A stretch of DNA of 64,000 nt from Acidobacteriota bacterium (GTDB lineage Bacteria > Acidobacteriota > UBA6911), in the NCBI GenBank assembly GCA_963664705.1, contig OY761556.1, positions 6,432,001-6,496,000 of the forward strand. Reading direction: 5' to 3'. Below the pieces are notes generated by a model, which had not been told where the DNA came from, ran no database searches, and was given only the letters and a program-made list of their open reading frames with translations. How positions within the stretch are numbered: the first letter of the stretch is position 1; every line of letters begins with the position of its first letter. The position numbers and the translations under genes were made by a program. This document shows, one piece after another, positions 10,339 through 20,903 of the stretch.

Positions 10339-11508
10339 TAGTGTAGTGCGTCATACAGATGAGCTCTTATCCAAGGTAACGCGAGCTCGTTTTACTTTTT
10401 CCAAAACATCGGTCGCTTTTGCCGTCCAGATATAGGGCTTAGGATCAGCATTATGTTGCTCGATGGCGCGATCAATCTCCGCGCGCAATTGCGAAAGGCT
10501 GGTAAATATGCCGCGCCGTATTTGTTTGTCAGTCAACTCGCGGAAAAATCGCTCGATCATGTTAAGCCAGGATGCACTCGTCGGAGTAAAGTGAACATGG
10601 AACCGAGAGTGGTGTTTCATCCAACTTTGAACCCTCGGGTGTTTGTGTGTGCTGTAGTTATCAGCAATCAAGTGAATGGTGGTCTCTCCTGGAATCCCCT
10701 TGTCAATTTGTCTCAGGAACTCAAGCCACTCTTGGTGGCGATGCCTATCCATGCAGCTTCCAATCACTTTTCCATCCAACGTGTTCAGAGCAGCAAACAG
10801 CGTGGTCGTACCATTGCGCTTGTAATCATGAGTCATCGTTCCACAGCGTCCCTTTTTCAGCGGGAGGCCCGGCTGCGTGCGATCCAAAGCTTGTATTTGA
10901 GACTTTTCGTCAACCGACAAAACGATGGCGTGTTCAGGGGGATTGAGATACAGCCCAATGACATCTTCCAGTTTCTCTGCGAAATGCGGGTCATTACTCA
11001 GTTTGAAGGTGCGCGTGAGATGCGGCTTCAACCCATGCTGCTTCCATATACGCCGCACAGTAGCTTCGCTCACTCCAACAGCATTGGCCATGCTTCGCGT
11101 ACTCCAATGAGTAGCATCGTCGGGTTTTTCCTGCGTTGTTTTCCTGACAATATTGAGAACAACACGGTTCGAATATTTACGCTTGCGTCCAGGCCGAAAG
11201 GCATCTTTCTCAATGCCCGCGATTCTATTGATGGCAAATCGGCTTCGCCAGCGAGCAACAGTCCGACGCATAATGCCAAGTTGTGCCGCAATATCGATAT
11301 TTTGAAGATTTTCGGCAGACATAAGAATTATTTTCGCTCGCTGTACAAGACGAACAGGAACGCTTCGGCCGCGAGAGTATTTATCAAGTTGCGCTCTCTC
11401 TTCGTCCGTAAGTATCACAACAGGGGCGGTTCGCATCGCTTTCTCCTTCCAAGAGTATATACGATGCAAATCGCTTATATGTTCCCTTATTTATGACGCA
11501 CTACACTA
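10339..11508 (-). mobile_element. IS630-family insertion sequence
   Basis: Perfect terminal inverted repeats (c)TAgtgtagtgcgtcata / tatgacgcactacacTA(g), with TA duplication at a CTAG site. Confidence 0.93.
10351..11436 (-). CDS. IS630 transposase
   Basis: [15 protein letters not shown] residues ([28 protein letters not shown]); RBS aaggag before ATG 11436. Confidence 0.95.
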   Translation of the reverse strand: MRTAPVVILTDEERAQLDKYSRGRSVPVRLVQRAKIILMSAENLQNIDIAAQLGIMRRTVARWRSRFAINRIAGIEKDAFRPGRKRKYSNRVVLNIVRKTTQEKPDDATHWSTRSMANAVGVSEATVRRIWKQHGLKPHLTRTFKLSNDPHFAEKLEDVIGLYLNPPEHAIVLSVDEKSQIQALDRTQPGLPLKKGRCGTMTHDYKRNGTTTLFAALNTLDGKVIGSCMDRHRHQEWLEFLRQIDKGIPGETTIHLIADNYSTHKHPRVQSWMKHHSRFHVHFTPTSASWLNMIERFFRELTDKQIRRGIFTSLSQLRAEIDRAIEQHNADPKPYIWTAKATDVLEKVKRARVTLDKSSSV

Positions 11509-11759
11509 GGCATAATCTAACAACACCTGTCTTTGGTGTAAGATAACCGGCATGGGCGTGATTTCTATTCATTTCCAACGAGAAGATGCCCAATTGCGGA
11601 GATCGCCAGGATCCTGGGATCTTCCAAGCTGATTTTTTCAAGTAGATTAAAGAGCTTTGCCTTTACTTGCAGTAACCGCCCGCCACGCTATTTGGTTATA
11701 ACATTTGTCTCTTAAAAGAGCTTGACCCTGAGTTTAAGCAAAGATACCATCCTTCCATT

Positions 11760-11786
11760 GTATTACGAATATAATATGTGTGTTAC
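11760..11786 (+). promoter_or_regulatory. Putative NikR operator with embedded -10 (TATAAT)
   Basis: GTATTAC-gaaTATAATatgt-GTGTTAC, 13-bp spacer; resembles the deltaproteobacterial NikR consensus GTGTTAC-N13-GTAACAC. Confidence 0.65.
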
Positions 11787-11812
11787 GACACAGAGGAATC
11801 GGGGAGGATGGG

Positions 11813-12772
11813 TTGAACTTGCCGGCAATTCTTGGAGCATCCCTTGTGTCGACGGGCAAGTTCCTGCTTACCGTTATTCCTCTTTTTATATTGGGCGTAA
11901 TACTTGCTCAGCTACTTGTTGAGCTTCGATGGATTGATAAGCTGTCCTGGCTTGCCCGTCCTCTGATGCGGCTTGGCCATCTTCACCCCGAATGTGCCGG
12001 AAGTTTTTTAGTCGCCATTATCTCTCCCACAGCAGGACATTCAATGCTCGCCCGCTATCATAGTGAGAAGCGCATAAGCAGATCCGAATTGATTATCTCT
12101 GCCATCATGAATGCGCTTCCGGGCTACATCGCCCAAGGGCGCAGCATCCTGCCGGTGACGATGCCTCTGCTGGGCGTTTTCGGCCTAATCTACTATGGCC
12201 TGGTTTTGCTGGCAGATCTGATAAAGACGCTGGTCCTGCTGACAATCGGCCGGTTCATTCTTCCTCGACCTGATGCCACCGAACTGAAGTCGGAGGAAGC
12301 CTCAAAAGCAAAGCGGCCAAGCATTAAGGACGCTCTTCTAAATTCGGTGAGGGATTCCCGAAAGATTATCCCCAAAACCCTTAAGACGCTGATTCCGTTT
12401 GCATGGGCAGCCTTCCTATTGATCGGGTTTGGTGTGTTTGACTATGCGGCCAAGCATCTTGGCGTTGTTGCCCGCTATTTCCCCGTGCCGCAAGCGTCTT
12501 TGCCAATCATTGCAGCTCGATTGATCAGCCCTATCGGCGCCTACACAATGGCCGGAGGATTGCTGTCTAAGGGAGTGCTGGCAGGCAATGACGTTGTAGT
12601 TGCCCTGCTGGTTGGCACACTGCTGTCGACGTTGCCCAATATCCGATACTTGGTCCCGTATTACTTCGGGATTTTCGGCGCAGTGATTGGAACCCAGTTG
12701 GTAATCGTGTCCACTGTCATGCGGATTCTTGTGTTCGCCGCAATGGTAGGAGTCGTATCGCTGCTGCGTTGA
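11813..12772 (+). CDS. Nucleoside-recognition (Gate) domain membrane protein
   Basis: Highly hydrophobic with two similar halves (KLSWLARPLMRLGHL; AKHLGVVARYFPVP). TTG start after ggagg. Confidence 0.6.
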   Translation: MNLPAILGASLVSTGKFLLTVIPLFILGVILAQLLVELRWIDKLSWLARPLMRLGHLHPECAGSFLVAIISPTAGHSMLARYHSEKRISRSELIISAIMNALPGYIAQGRSILPVTMPLLGVFGLIYYGLVLLADLIKTLVLLTIGRFILPRPDATELKSEEASKAKRPSIKDALLNSVRDSRKIIPKTLKTLIPFAWAAFLLIGFGVFDYAAKHLGVVARYFPVPQASLPIIAARLISPIGAYTMAGGLLSKGVLAGNDVVVALLVGTLLSTLPNIRYLVPYYFGIFGAVIGTQLVIVSTVMRILVFAAMVGVVSLLR

Positions 12773-12815
12773 AGCACTTCGATAGCGCTTCGGAAAGGAT
12801 GACTGGAGGTTTGTG

Positions 12816-13388
12816 ATGGTGGATTGGACTCAGGCGAAAGAAGACACTTACTATCGAGCACGCCAGCTTGAGGAAGAGGCTCGAAGGACCGGGACTGTGG
12901 AAGCATGGCAGCAATACGCCACCCTCAAAGCTGCTAAGGGAAGCTATGTCCTGGCTTGCCATGGATTCTTCAGCGGAGCCCTGATTTGTGAACAGGCGAG
13001 TAACATTGATCAAGCATTCAGTCTATATGCTCAGGCATTTCAAAATGCCCGGCGCGCAAAAAGCAAAGAACTCGCCGTAATGGTCGCCTATCGTCACGCT
13101 CTTCTTGCGGAACGAGCAGAACAGTTGAAAGCCTGCATAGAGATCTACGAAGCACTCGGAGTATTCGCCGAAGAACTCAAAAACTATTTTATCGCCGCCG
13201 ATGCCTATGAGCACGCGGCAGAGATGAGAATTAGGGCAGGACAATCAATTGGGGATTATAGGAAGCCGATCGAGCAGTGGGAAAAGAATGCCGCTTACTG
13301 GCGCGAGCAAGGCCATGAGGATGATGCATCCTGGAGCGAATGGCACGTCGCACTCTATAAAAAGGTTTTCGGAGTTCATGCGAAATGA
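12816..13388 (+). CDS. Hypothetical all-helical (TPR/SNAP-like) protein
   Basis: Repeated A..YE.AA-type helical pattern; coupled to the next gene by ATGA overlap. Confidence 0.6.
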   Translation: MVDWTQAKEDTYYRARQLEEEARRTGTVEAWQQYATLKAAKGSYVLACHGFFSGALICEQASNIDQAFSLYAQAFQNARRAKSKELAVMVAYRHALLAERAEQLKACIEIYEALGVFAEELKNYFIAADAYEHAAEMRIRAGQSIGDYRKPIEQWEKNAAYWREQGHEDDASWSEWHVALYKKVFGVHAK

Positions 13389-14449
13389 TTGGAATACTCT
13401 TCCACGGACCCGAAGTGTTTGATTCAGGATGGGCAAAGAAAATTGTCCAGGTTCTCAGCACGCTGGGTTCATTGCATTGTGTTCTTGCCGGCACTATGGG
13501 GAGAACGGCCGCAATTGACAGCGGACTGCCGGATATTCAATGCCCTGGCATGCAGCCCAGTCAGATCCTGAAAGATCTCAAAAATAGAGTCAGCCAAGTG
13601 ATTTTTGCCAACTACGGCAAATCTCCGGATTCCGGCTTGCTGCACGGAGCGATGATTGCCGCAAAGGCCGATGTTGATTTCCCCCTGGTCCAAATTGAAT
13701 GCTCGGCCGGCTGGTTGGTCGAGCTATATGTGGGCTGCTCAACCGAGGTTATTGAAGCTCTTGAGAATCAGCTTGGGCTCAAAAAACATGCGTCCGTCGA
13801 GACGGCGCCTACGGTTTGGGAACGGAATGGCAGAATCTGCCGAAAGCTCACGACTGCGGTCGCCGAAGACTTTGTGCTTGCAGATGGAATAGTGATCGGC
13901 AAAGCGCTGGGAGGAGAGATTGTCATTGAGTGCAATGGCCGCCACATTGCGAAAACCAGCGGCATTGAGATCAAGACGCATGGACTTGAAAAACTCGATC
14001 GTCGCGGCGGCATTGATTTGAAATCCGTCAAATTGGCCACAACCCGCACGCTGCGGCGAATGGAGCACACGCCTCGCATTACGAAACAGGCGGGCAAAGG
14101 CATGGCATTCGTGGATCATTCTGCCATCCGGGTTTATGACCAGGTTCGAAATGTGGAAGGCGCTGTGACAGTGGGAGACGACACAACTGCAATCGTTGGC
14201 GACATCCTCTATAGGTTCGGCATCCCTGTAATCGGGATCACCGATGGGGACCGTGACGTCATTCTTGAAAATGCCCGAATGACTCCTGGCTCCGTGGTTT
14301 TCACAGTACGCCAGGATGATGTTTTTGGCCTTAGCGTTTTTTCGAAGGTGTTCCAGGATCAGCCAATTATCAAAGAATCATTCAAAACCGTACGGCAGCG
14401 AATCTCGGCCATAATCGGAGATCAGCTTGTCCGCGAGCAGGAATTCTAA
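13385..14449 (+). CDS. DUF2117 family protein
   Basis: N-terminal GILFHGPEVFDSG, GTMGRTA and C-terminal TVGDDTT...DILYRFGIPVIGITDGD are characteristic of this mainly archaeal family. Confidence 0.72.
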   Translation: MIGILFHGPEVFDSGWAKKIVQVLSTLGSLHCVLAGTMGRTAAIDSGLPDIQCPGMQPSQILKDLKNRVSQVIFANYGKSPDSGLLHGAMIAAKADVDFPLVQIECSAGWLVELYVGCSTEVIEALENQLGLKKHASVETAPTVWERNGRICRKLTTAVAEDFVLADGIVIGKALGGEIVIECNGRHIAKTSGIEIKTHGLEKLDRRGGIDLKSVKLATTRTLRRMEHTPRITKQAGKGMAFVDHSAIRVYDQVRNVEGAVTVGDDTTAIVGDILYRFGIPVIGITDGDRDVILENARMTPGSVVFTVRQDDVFGLSVFSKVFQDQPIIKESFKTVRQRISAIIGDQLVREQEF

Positions 14450-14469
14450 GCACAACGAGAGGTATATGA

Positions 14470-16764
14470 ATGAAGCAGGCAATGATGCTCCATAATCCCG
14501 ACAACAAGCGCCTCCGCACAGCGTCTGCAGTTTTTCTTCAAATGATCACCTTTATAAGCCTGTTCCTGGCCTTCGGTTTGAATGCCATCGCTCAGGAGAC
14601 GCCTGCCAAGACTCCGGTAAAAAGTAAGCTCAGTGAAGTTGTTGTCGTTACCGCTACGCGCTCAGACAAGAAACTGGAGGATTCACCCGGCAGCACGGCA
14701 GTGATCAATCAAAACGACATCATCGGAAGAGATGTCAGCACTATTGATCAGGCTATCAACACAATTCCGGGTGTCTTCAACCGCCGGGGCAAGGGCGTGA
14801 TGGATACTCAGTCCACAATCACATTGCGCGGATTTCCCAGCCAGCAGAGAACGCTGATTATGCTCGATGGGATTCCTCTGAATGACAGTTATTTGGGGGC
14901 TGTTCAATTTGGCGGGTTGGCAACAGCGAATGTCGACAGAATAGAGGTCGTCAAAGGACCCTTCTCGAGCCTCTACGGTGGCAATGCAATGGGGGGCGTA
15001 GTCAACGTTATTACGAGGATGCCGGAAAACAGAGAATTCATAATGAGTGGAGGATTCGGCAGCGGATTTCAGAATCGAGAGGCGATGAATGATCTGACTC
15101 GCGGCTACTTTTCCTATGGCGAAACATTCAAGGGTAAATTCGGCATTCTTGTGAGCTACGGGCAGAATCGGACCAACGGCTTTGCTAATGATTTTAATGC
15201 CCAAAGCGCACAACCTCCTGCTGGCATCACCGGTTATAGTGCAACCACGGACACACAGGGGAATAGGCGCTATGTGTTAGGTGATCGAGGAGACAATACC
15301 TGGCAGGATCACGACTTCAGCATCAAGACGACCTACCGGATCACCGACGCCTCAAGATTGGGCTTCTCATTTATTACCTCCGCATACCAATATGGAACAG
15401 ACTCTCCTCATAGCTATTTGCGAGATGCCGGCGAGAATCCCGTCTACTCCTTCGCTTCGGGCAAAAGCACGATCGGCGAAGCCACCTTCTTGAGCGGTTC
15501 CGGCAATCGAAGACAGGACATCTACAGCTTGTCCTTCGACACGATGATCGGGCACGTCCAGATGAAATCAATGGTGAGCTATTTGAACATCAACAATAAT
15601 TGGTATACGACTCCAGGTTCCACTGCAGCCACGACAATCAACGGTGGTCCTGGCAGTGTCGCTGATACGCCTGTCAGCAAAACCACCGGCAGTATCCAAT
15701 TTATGCTGCCCATATCCAGCTATCATATCCTGTCATTCGGCGGAGACGTGACGGGCAGTTCCGCAAAAACTCGCGAATACGGATTATCAAATTGGCGCGA
15801 TGAAAACTCCAGAGCTTCTATGACATACAGCGCCGGCGGAAAATCCATCACGAGCGGCATATTCCTGCAGGATGAAGTGGTGATCCGGAAAGATTTAACC
15901 GCCTATCTTGGGGTGAGGGGAGACTATTGGAGAACCTTTGATGGCTATGCCAATCAGGTGGGCACCGTGGGATATCCTGCATCTTACGCAAAGAAAAATG
16001 CCTTCAGTGCCAGTCCCAAGGCCGCCATCGTTTATCGTCTATCATCTGCAACAACCCTGAGAAGCTCAATTGGCCGGGTTTTCCGTCCCCCTACGGTGTA
16101 TGAGCTGTACCGAACATGGTCCTATTCATCGGGGACGGTTTATAAAGGGAATCCGAATCTGAAACCGGAGACTGCAGTGTCATGGGACGCTGCAATTGAC
16201 CAGAGGCTATGGAAAGGTGCTAGCGCTTCTTTCGCCTATTTCGAAAATCGCATGTCTGATTTGGTGTATCGTCGGACCGATCCGGCAAATTCGAAAATCA
16301 ACGAATATGTGAATGCAGGCAAGGCCAAAGGCAGAGGCGTGGAGATGGAATTGAGCCAGCGCGTGACGCCGGAACTGAAGCTCTTTGCCAATGCAACATT
16401 CAATAGCGCCAAAATAACTGAGAATTCATCAAAACCCACAACAGAAGGAAAATTTCTAACCTATCTCCCGCGCTGGACTGGAAATGGCGGAGCTGAATTT
16501 GATAAGGGCCGCATCAAAGCAACAATGACCGGCAGATATGTCGCGAAGGTTTTCACTCAGGATGAAAATAAGGATGTTGTCAGCAACGCACCCGGATCGT
16601 TTGATCCCTACTTTACAGCGGATGCGAAAGTGACCTGCCGAATCAACCGTCTGTTTGCGTTGTCTCTGTCGATGGACAATATCTTCGACCGCAAGTATTT
16701 CTATTCGTATCTAGCTCCAAGGCGTTCCGCTTTTGCGGAAATACTCGTAACCTGGAAAGAGTAG
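14470..16764 (+). CDS. TonB-dependent receptor
   Basis: Signal peptide, VVVTATR, plug (RIEVVKGPFSSLYGGNAMGGVVNVIT), GNPNLKPE, beta-barrel C-terminus. Confidence 0.93.
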   Translation: MKQAMMLHNPDNKRLRTASAVFLQMITFISLFLAFGLNAIAQETPAKTPVKSKLSEVVVVTATRSDKKLEDSPGSTAVINQNDIIGRDVSTIDQAINTIPGVFNRRGKGVMDTQSTITLRGFPSQQRTLIMLDGIPLNDSYLGAVQFGGLATANVDRIEVVKGPFSSLYGGNAMGGVVNVITRMPENREFIMSGGFGSGFQNREAMNDLTRGYFSYGETFKGKFGILVSYGQNRTNGFANDFNAQSAQPPAGITGYSATTDTQGNRRYVLGDRGDNTWQDHDFSIKTTYRITDASRLGFSFITSAYQYGTDSPHSYLRDAGENPVYSFASGKSTIGEATFLSGSGNRRQDIYSLSFDTMIGHVQMKSMVSYLNINNNWYTTPGSTAATTINGGPGSVADTPVSKTTGSIQFMLPISSYHILSFGGDVTGSSAKTREYGLSNWRDENSRASMTYSAGGKSITSGIFLQDEVVIRKDLTAYLGVRGDYWRTFDGYANQVGTVGYPASYAKKNAFSASPKAAIVYRLSSATTLRSSIGRVFRPPTVYELYRTWSYSSGTVYKGNPNLKPETAVSWDAAIDQRLWKGASASFAYFENRMSDLVYRRTDPANSKINEYVNAGKAKGRGVEMELSQRVTPELKLFANATFNSAKITENSSKPTTEGKFLTYLPRWTGNGGAEFDKGRIKATMTGRYVAKVFTQDENKDVVSNAPGSFDPYFTADAKVTCRINRLFALSLSMDNIFDRKYFYSYLAPRRSAFAEILVTWKE

Positions 16765-16811
16765 CCAAGATACCAAATCGCATAAATCAGCATTTAAGCC
16801 TGCCGCCAGAG

Positions 16812-16901
16812 GTGTCACGAATATCATAAATGTGCCATTTCCAGCGAAATTATCCTTGCGCTGACATTGCCATGGTGTTACGTTTGGCCCATTCGTAATA
16901 C
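16812..16901 (+). promoter_or_regulatory. Two putative NikR operators upstream of the second TonB receptor
   Basis: GTGTCAC-gaaTATCATaaat-GTGCCAT (16812-16838) and GTGTTAC-N13-GTAATAC (16875-16901). Confidence 0.7.
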
Positions 16902-16931
16902 TTATGGTTCTTTTTGCGAAGGAGGCTTTGA

Positions 16932-19094
16932 ATGCACCAGCGTCTAGTGATGGCACTCTTGTTCCTCTTGATCGGAGCTTTCCCTGCACCAAGTCAGCAG
17001 AAACCGGCCGATGAAAAGACGGACGAACAAAAAAGCAGCAAGGATATTCCAACGCGGCACGATGTCGTCGTTGTTACTGCGACAAAAACTGAAACCAAGA
17101 TTGATGATTTGCCCGTCAGCATTCAGCTCGTGCCGGAGGAAGAAATTGACCACAAGCAATTCAATAATCCAAACATCGGAGAAATAGTTCGGGATGCTCC
17201 GGGCGTCTCGGTAGGGCATGGGAACCGGAACATACCGGCATGGATTCATCTGCGCGGCACAGGATATTTCATCGGAAGAACCCTTTATATGGTAGATGAG
17301 CTTCCGCTGGCAGAGCCGATGGTCAGCATCGCAGTTAATCCGGCCAATGTGGGTTCAGCCGAAGTTTTGCTTGGACCGTCATCGTCATTATATGGAGCCA
17401 ATGCCAGTGGAGGCGTAGTTAACGTGCGTTCGCTTAGCGGACGTGATCGAGCGGGTATGACACTGGGACTCGGCTATGGAACATTCGATACCTATCGGCC
17501 TCAATTTTCTATCGGGAAAACGATAGGCAACTGGGATCTTTTTACATCCTATAACGTGGATACATCCAATGGGTACAAAAACACGGACCAGGCAACCGGC
17601 GTATATCTGATGCAGCACGGATACCCCTCCTACCTCAATTCCGTAGCTATCGAGAATCAGTACTATACGAACCATTACGGCTACGGCCGAATCGGATATC
17701 ACAATCCCAAGAATGGGATCGGCTTCACCGTTGGTACCCATCTATTCAACGAGGATCTATATGGCGGCAGGCAGAATTCTTACAGTACAGGCACTCGTGT
17801 TATTACAACAGGTTCGTTTTTTACTCCGATCCCGCATGTGGGGCTTTTCACATTCCGGTTTGGGTATCAAAGTCGGCTTTCGGATTCAGTAAGCACCAAG
17901 GGCGTTTTAAAGGTGGCCAACTCTGCCATCAATGGCCGCTATGTTTATACGGCAATTGATGCAAACAACAGCTATGTCTATGATCCAACCATTACGCAAC
18001 AGCCTCATGCAACCTACACAAGAATCCCTTTGGACTTTCAAATGGATTTCCGATCATTTGTCGGCAATAGCATAACCGTTGGATTTACAGATTTGATCGA
18101 TCAGAGCCGTTCCTTTACATTCAACGCCGATCGATCCACAACTCTTGCACAAACAAGATATGGCGTTGGGCAAACCGCTGTGTATTTGCAGGATCAGTAT
18201 CGCTTCCTGAACAACAAGGCAACATTGATTGTCGGTATGCGGCATGACATGTGGAATTACCACGATGTGTACGACACGGGATCCACAAACCGAACGCCTC
18301 CGGATGTGGACAAGTCGGCAACGACATACCGTGGCGGGTTGAAATATCGGCTCAATGATTCCTGGGGATTTCGAGCATCGATTGGAAACGCCTTCTGGCC
18401 AGGCAATGCCACATGGTTTTTCCAGAACCTTTCAACCGGCAACACATGGCGCGAAGCCAATCCGAATCTGAAGCCGGAAAAAACCGTGATGGGAGATTTC
18501 GGAATCGATTTTATCAGTCCCAGCGGACATACCCAGGCGTCAGTGACCCCCTATTTGGGGCGCATTCGCGACGCAATGAGCTATGTTTACGACCAGCACC
18601 CGACACTGCCCGGCGTTCAGATAATCCGGACTTCCAATTCAGATGCAGTTTCCATCAAGGGTCTGGAATTATCATTGCGCCAGCAAATCATCCCGGACCT
18701 AAGCGGATATGCTCATTTCACTCTAAATAGGTCGGAAATAACCAAATCCGCAAAAAATCTGGGACATCAATTACGAAATGCTCCCGATTACCTGGGCGGC
18801 TTCGGGCTTGAGTATGCCAATCGAAGAAAAGGCTTTGGTGCCAATTTCTACGGCCGCTTCTCCGACAGCCGCTATTACGATGACGAAAACACAGAGCTTA
18901 ATTACTTCCACATGAAGAAATATCTGACGTTGGGAGCAAAGCTTTGGAAGAGCGTGACGTTGACCGACAGCAATAGCATTACCTTCTTCGTTGGCCTCGA
19001 CAATCTGAAGGACTCCAAGTACGACGGCGAATTCATTTACAACGCTCCGGGACGCTTTGTCGAAGCACGAGCGACCTACAATTATAAATTTTAG
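16932..19094 (+). CDS. TonB-dependent receptor
   Basis: VVVTATK, EVLLGPSSSLYGANASGGVVNV, NPNLKPE, C-terminal YKF. Confidence 0.93.
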   Translation: MHQRLVMALLFLLIGAFPAPSQQKPADEKTDEQKSSKDIPTRHDVVVVTATKTETKIDDLPVSIQLVPEEEIDHKQFNNPNIGEIVRDAPGVSVGHGNRNIPAWIHLRGTGYFIGRTLYMVDELPLAEPMVSIAVNPANVGSAEVLLGPSSSLYGANASGGVVNVRSLSGRDRAGMTLGLGYGTFDTYRPQFSIGKTIGNWDLFTSYNVDTSNGYKNTDQATGVYLMQHGYPSYLNSVAIENQYYTNHYGYGRIGYHNPKNGIGFTVGTHLFNEDLYGGRQNSYSTGTRVITTGSFFTPIPHVGLFTFRFGYQSRLSDSVSTKGVLKVANSAINGRYVYTAIDANNSYVYDPTITQQPHATYTRIPLDFQMDFRSFVGNSITVGFTDLIDQSRSFTFNADRSTTLAQTRYGVGQTAVYLQDQYRFLNNKATLIVGMRHDMWNYHDVYDTGSTNRTPPDVDKSATTYRGGLKYRLNDSWGFRASIGNAFWPGNATWFFQNLSTGNTWREANPNLKPEKTVMGDFGIDFISPSGHTQASVTPYLGRIRDAMSYVYDQHPTLPGVQIIRTSNSDAVSIKGLELSLRQQIIPDLSGYAHFTLNRSEITKSAKNLGHQLRNAPDYLGGFGLEYANRRKGFGANFYGRFSDSRYYDDENTELNYFHMKKYLTLGAKLWKSVTLTDSNSITFFVGLDNLKDSKYDGEFIYNAPGRFVEARATYNYKF

Positions 19095-19111
19095 TCGACT
19101 GTTCCTGATAC

Positions 19112-20038
19112 ATGGCGCAGCGAATCGTCTCATCCTTTTTGACGTTGGTAATCGTCAGTTTTGTTTCCTTTTGTGCAGTCAAACTGGCTCCAGGCGATCC
19201 TACCAGGTTGATTTTAGGCAGTACGGCTCAGGATATAGCTCCTGAAGCGCTAGCCAGGATCCGGAGTGCCCAGGGTTTTGATGCTCCCTTTCTGGAACGC
19301 TATCTGGGGTGGTTGAAGAGTCTTCTATGCGGCAATCTGGGTGTGTCGCTGAAGACCAACCGCCCCATCACGGCAGAGTTTGGGGCGCGGCTGCCTGTTA
19401 CAGCCGTTATCGCTATTGCATCCCTTGTTCTTGCCTCGGCCATTGGGTTTGTCCTGGGAGTCCTTTGTGTTTTATATGAAGGTGGAATCATCGATCATGC
19501 TGTAAGGATTGCAGCCTCGCTATTTCATTCTGTCCCCGCATTTTTGATCGGGCTTTTTGCTCTTTACCTGTTTTCATTCAGATTGGCATTGATGCCGCTT
19601 TATGGTGTGGATGGCGGCGGCGGACTCATCCTGCCCGCCCTAACTCTTGGTGGCATCATGGGGCTTTCGCTTGCACGTGTATTGAGGAATACCCTCCTGG
19701 AGATAGTGCACGAAGAGCATTTTCTGGCTGCACTAGGCAAGGGTTTAAGCTATCCGCAGGCTGTTCTCAGACACGGATTGCGCAATTCTCTCCCCCTCAT
19801 GGTGACATATCTGGGGATGAGGTTTGCAGGGCTCCTGGGCGGTATCGTTCTGGTTGAATCCATGTTTTCTCTGCCCGGCATGGGGAGTTACATACTGGAA
19901 GCTATCTCAAGCCGGGATCTGCCTGTAATCCAGGCATACATACTTTTCTTCGGCACTGTAGTGCTGGCATCCAACCTTTCAGCGGACCTGATAGTGCGCC
20001 GGCTGGATCCCCGCGTCGCAAAAGAAAGGGTCCGCTGA
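19112..20038 (+). CDS. nikB: Nickel/peptide ABC transporter permease
   Basis: APGDP, GNLGVS, RLPVT, VESMFSLPGMG, RDLPVIQ motifs. Confidence 0.85.
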   Translation: MAQRIVSSFLTLVIVSFVSFCAVKLAPGDPTRLILGSTAQDIAPEALARIRSAQGFDAPFLERYLGWLKSLLCGNLGVSLKTNRPITAEFGARLPVTAVIAIASLVLASAIGFVLGVLCVLYEGGIIDHAVRIAASLFHSVPAFLIGLFALYLFSFRLALMPLYGVDGGGGLILPALTLGGIMGLSLARVLRNTLLEIVHEEHFLAALGKGLSYPQAVLRHGLRNSLPLMVTYLGMRFAGLLGGIVLVESMFSLPGMGSYILEAISSRDLPVIQAYILFFGTVVLASNLSADLIVRRLDPRVAKERVR

Positions 20039-20039
20039 T

Positions 20040-20903
20040 ATGCCTCGAATTGCTTGCATCGGTGGAACCATTGTCTTTCTATTTCTCCTGACGGCATTGG
20101 TCGGAGACTCCTGCGCGCCCTACTCCTCGGCGCTATCGGATTACAAAAGCCTGTTGGAACCTCCTTCGGTCCGGCATTGGATGGGAACGGATCATCTCGG
20201 CAGGGATCTTTTTAGTCGTTTGATGGCAGGAACGCGAACAACGCTCAGCCTGGCGTTTCTTGTCGCAGTCATCGATGCAATTCTGGCTTTGGTTATCGGC
20301 GCTCTCTGCGGCTATCTGGGCGGATGGATCGATGTGTGTGTGATGCGTGTCGTCGATGCATTGCTCGCTCTTCCCGGCTTCCTGCTTGCGATCTGCCTTC
20401 TTGGGATATTCGGCGGTGGCGCGCTGCAGCTTGTTCTCTTCCTTGCGTTGACGGGATGGGCGCAATTGTCCCGCATTGTTCGCAACGAAATCGCGGCCGC
20501 AAAGCATCTGGATTTTATAACCGTCAATACAGCTCTGGGTTATACAGTTGCACGTAATCTATTCATGCATGCGTTGCCGGCCGTCATTCCTTCGTTGCTG
20601 GTCCTTATGCTGAATTCACTTGTCGGCGATGTCTTCGCAATTGTGTCTTTGAGCTTTCTTGGCCTTGGCGTTTCTCCCCAGACTCCGGAATGGGGCATGG
20701 TTCTGTATGATGCGCGCAGCTATTTCCTGAACAGCCCGTGGTTGTTCCTATTTCCCTGCGCTCTTATTGCGACATTCACTCTCGGATTACATCTGCTTGC
20801 GGATGGGGTCCGCGAATTCCTCGATAAGAAGCGTTTTCTTTTTCCCATCGAAGAGATCCGAATGCTTGCCGGCGCAGCATCTACTTGCGGGAGCGACACC
20901 TAA
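20040..20903 (+). CDS. nikC: Nickel/peptide ABC transporter permease
   Basis: HWMGTDHLGRDLFSR, LSFLGLG...PEWG. Confidence 0.85.
   Translation: MPRIACIGGTIVFLFLLTALVGDSCAPYSSALSDYKSLLEPPSVRHWMGTDHLGRDLFSRLMAGTRTTLSLAFLVAVIDAILALVIGALCGYLGGWIDVCVMRVVDALLALPGFLLAICLLGIFGGGALQLVLFLALTGWAQLSRIVRNEIAAAKHLDFITVNTALGYTVARNLFMHALPAVIPSLLVLMLNSLVGDVFAIVSLSFLGLGVSPQTPEWGMVLYDARSYFLNSPWLFLFPCALIATFTLGLHLLADGVREFLDKKRFLFPIEEIRMLAGAASTCGSDT

Noticed and set aside
10453-11496. 347-aa plus-strand ORF
   Set aside because: Antisense shadow of the IS630 transposase with no recognisable motifs.
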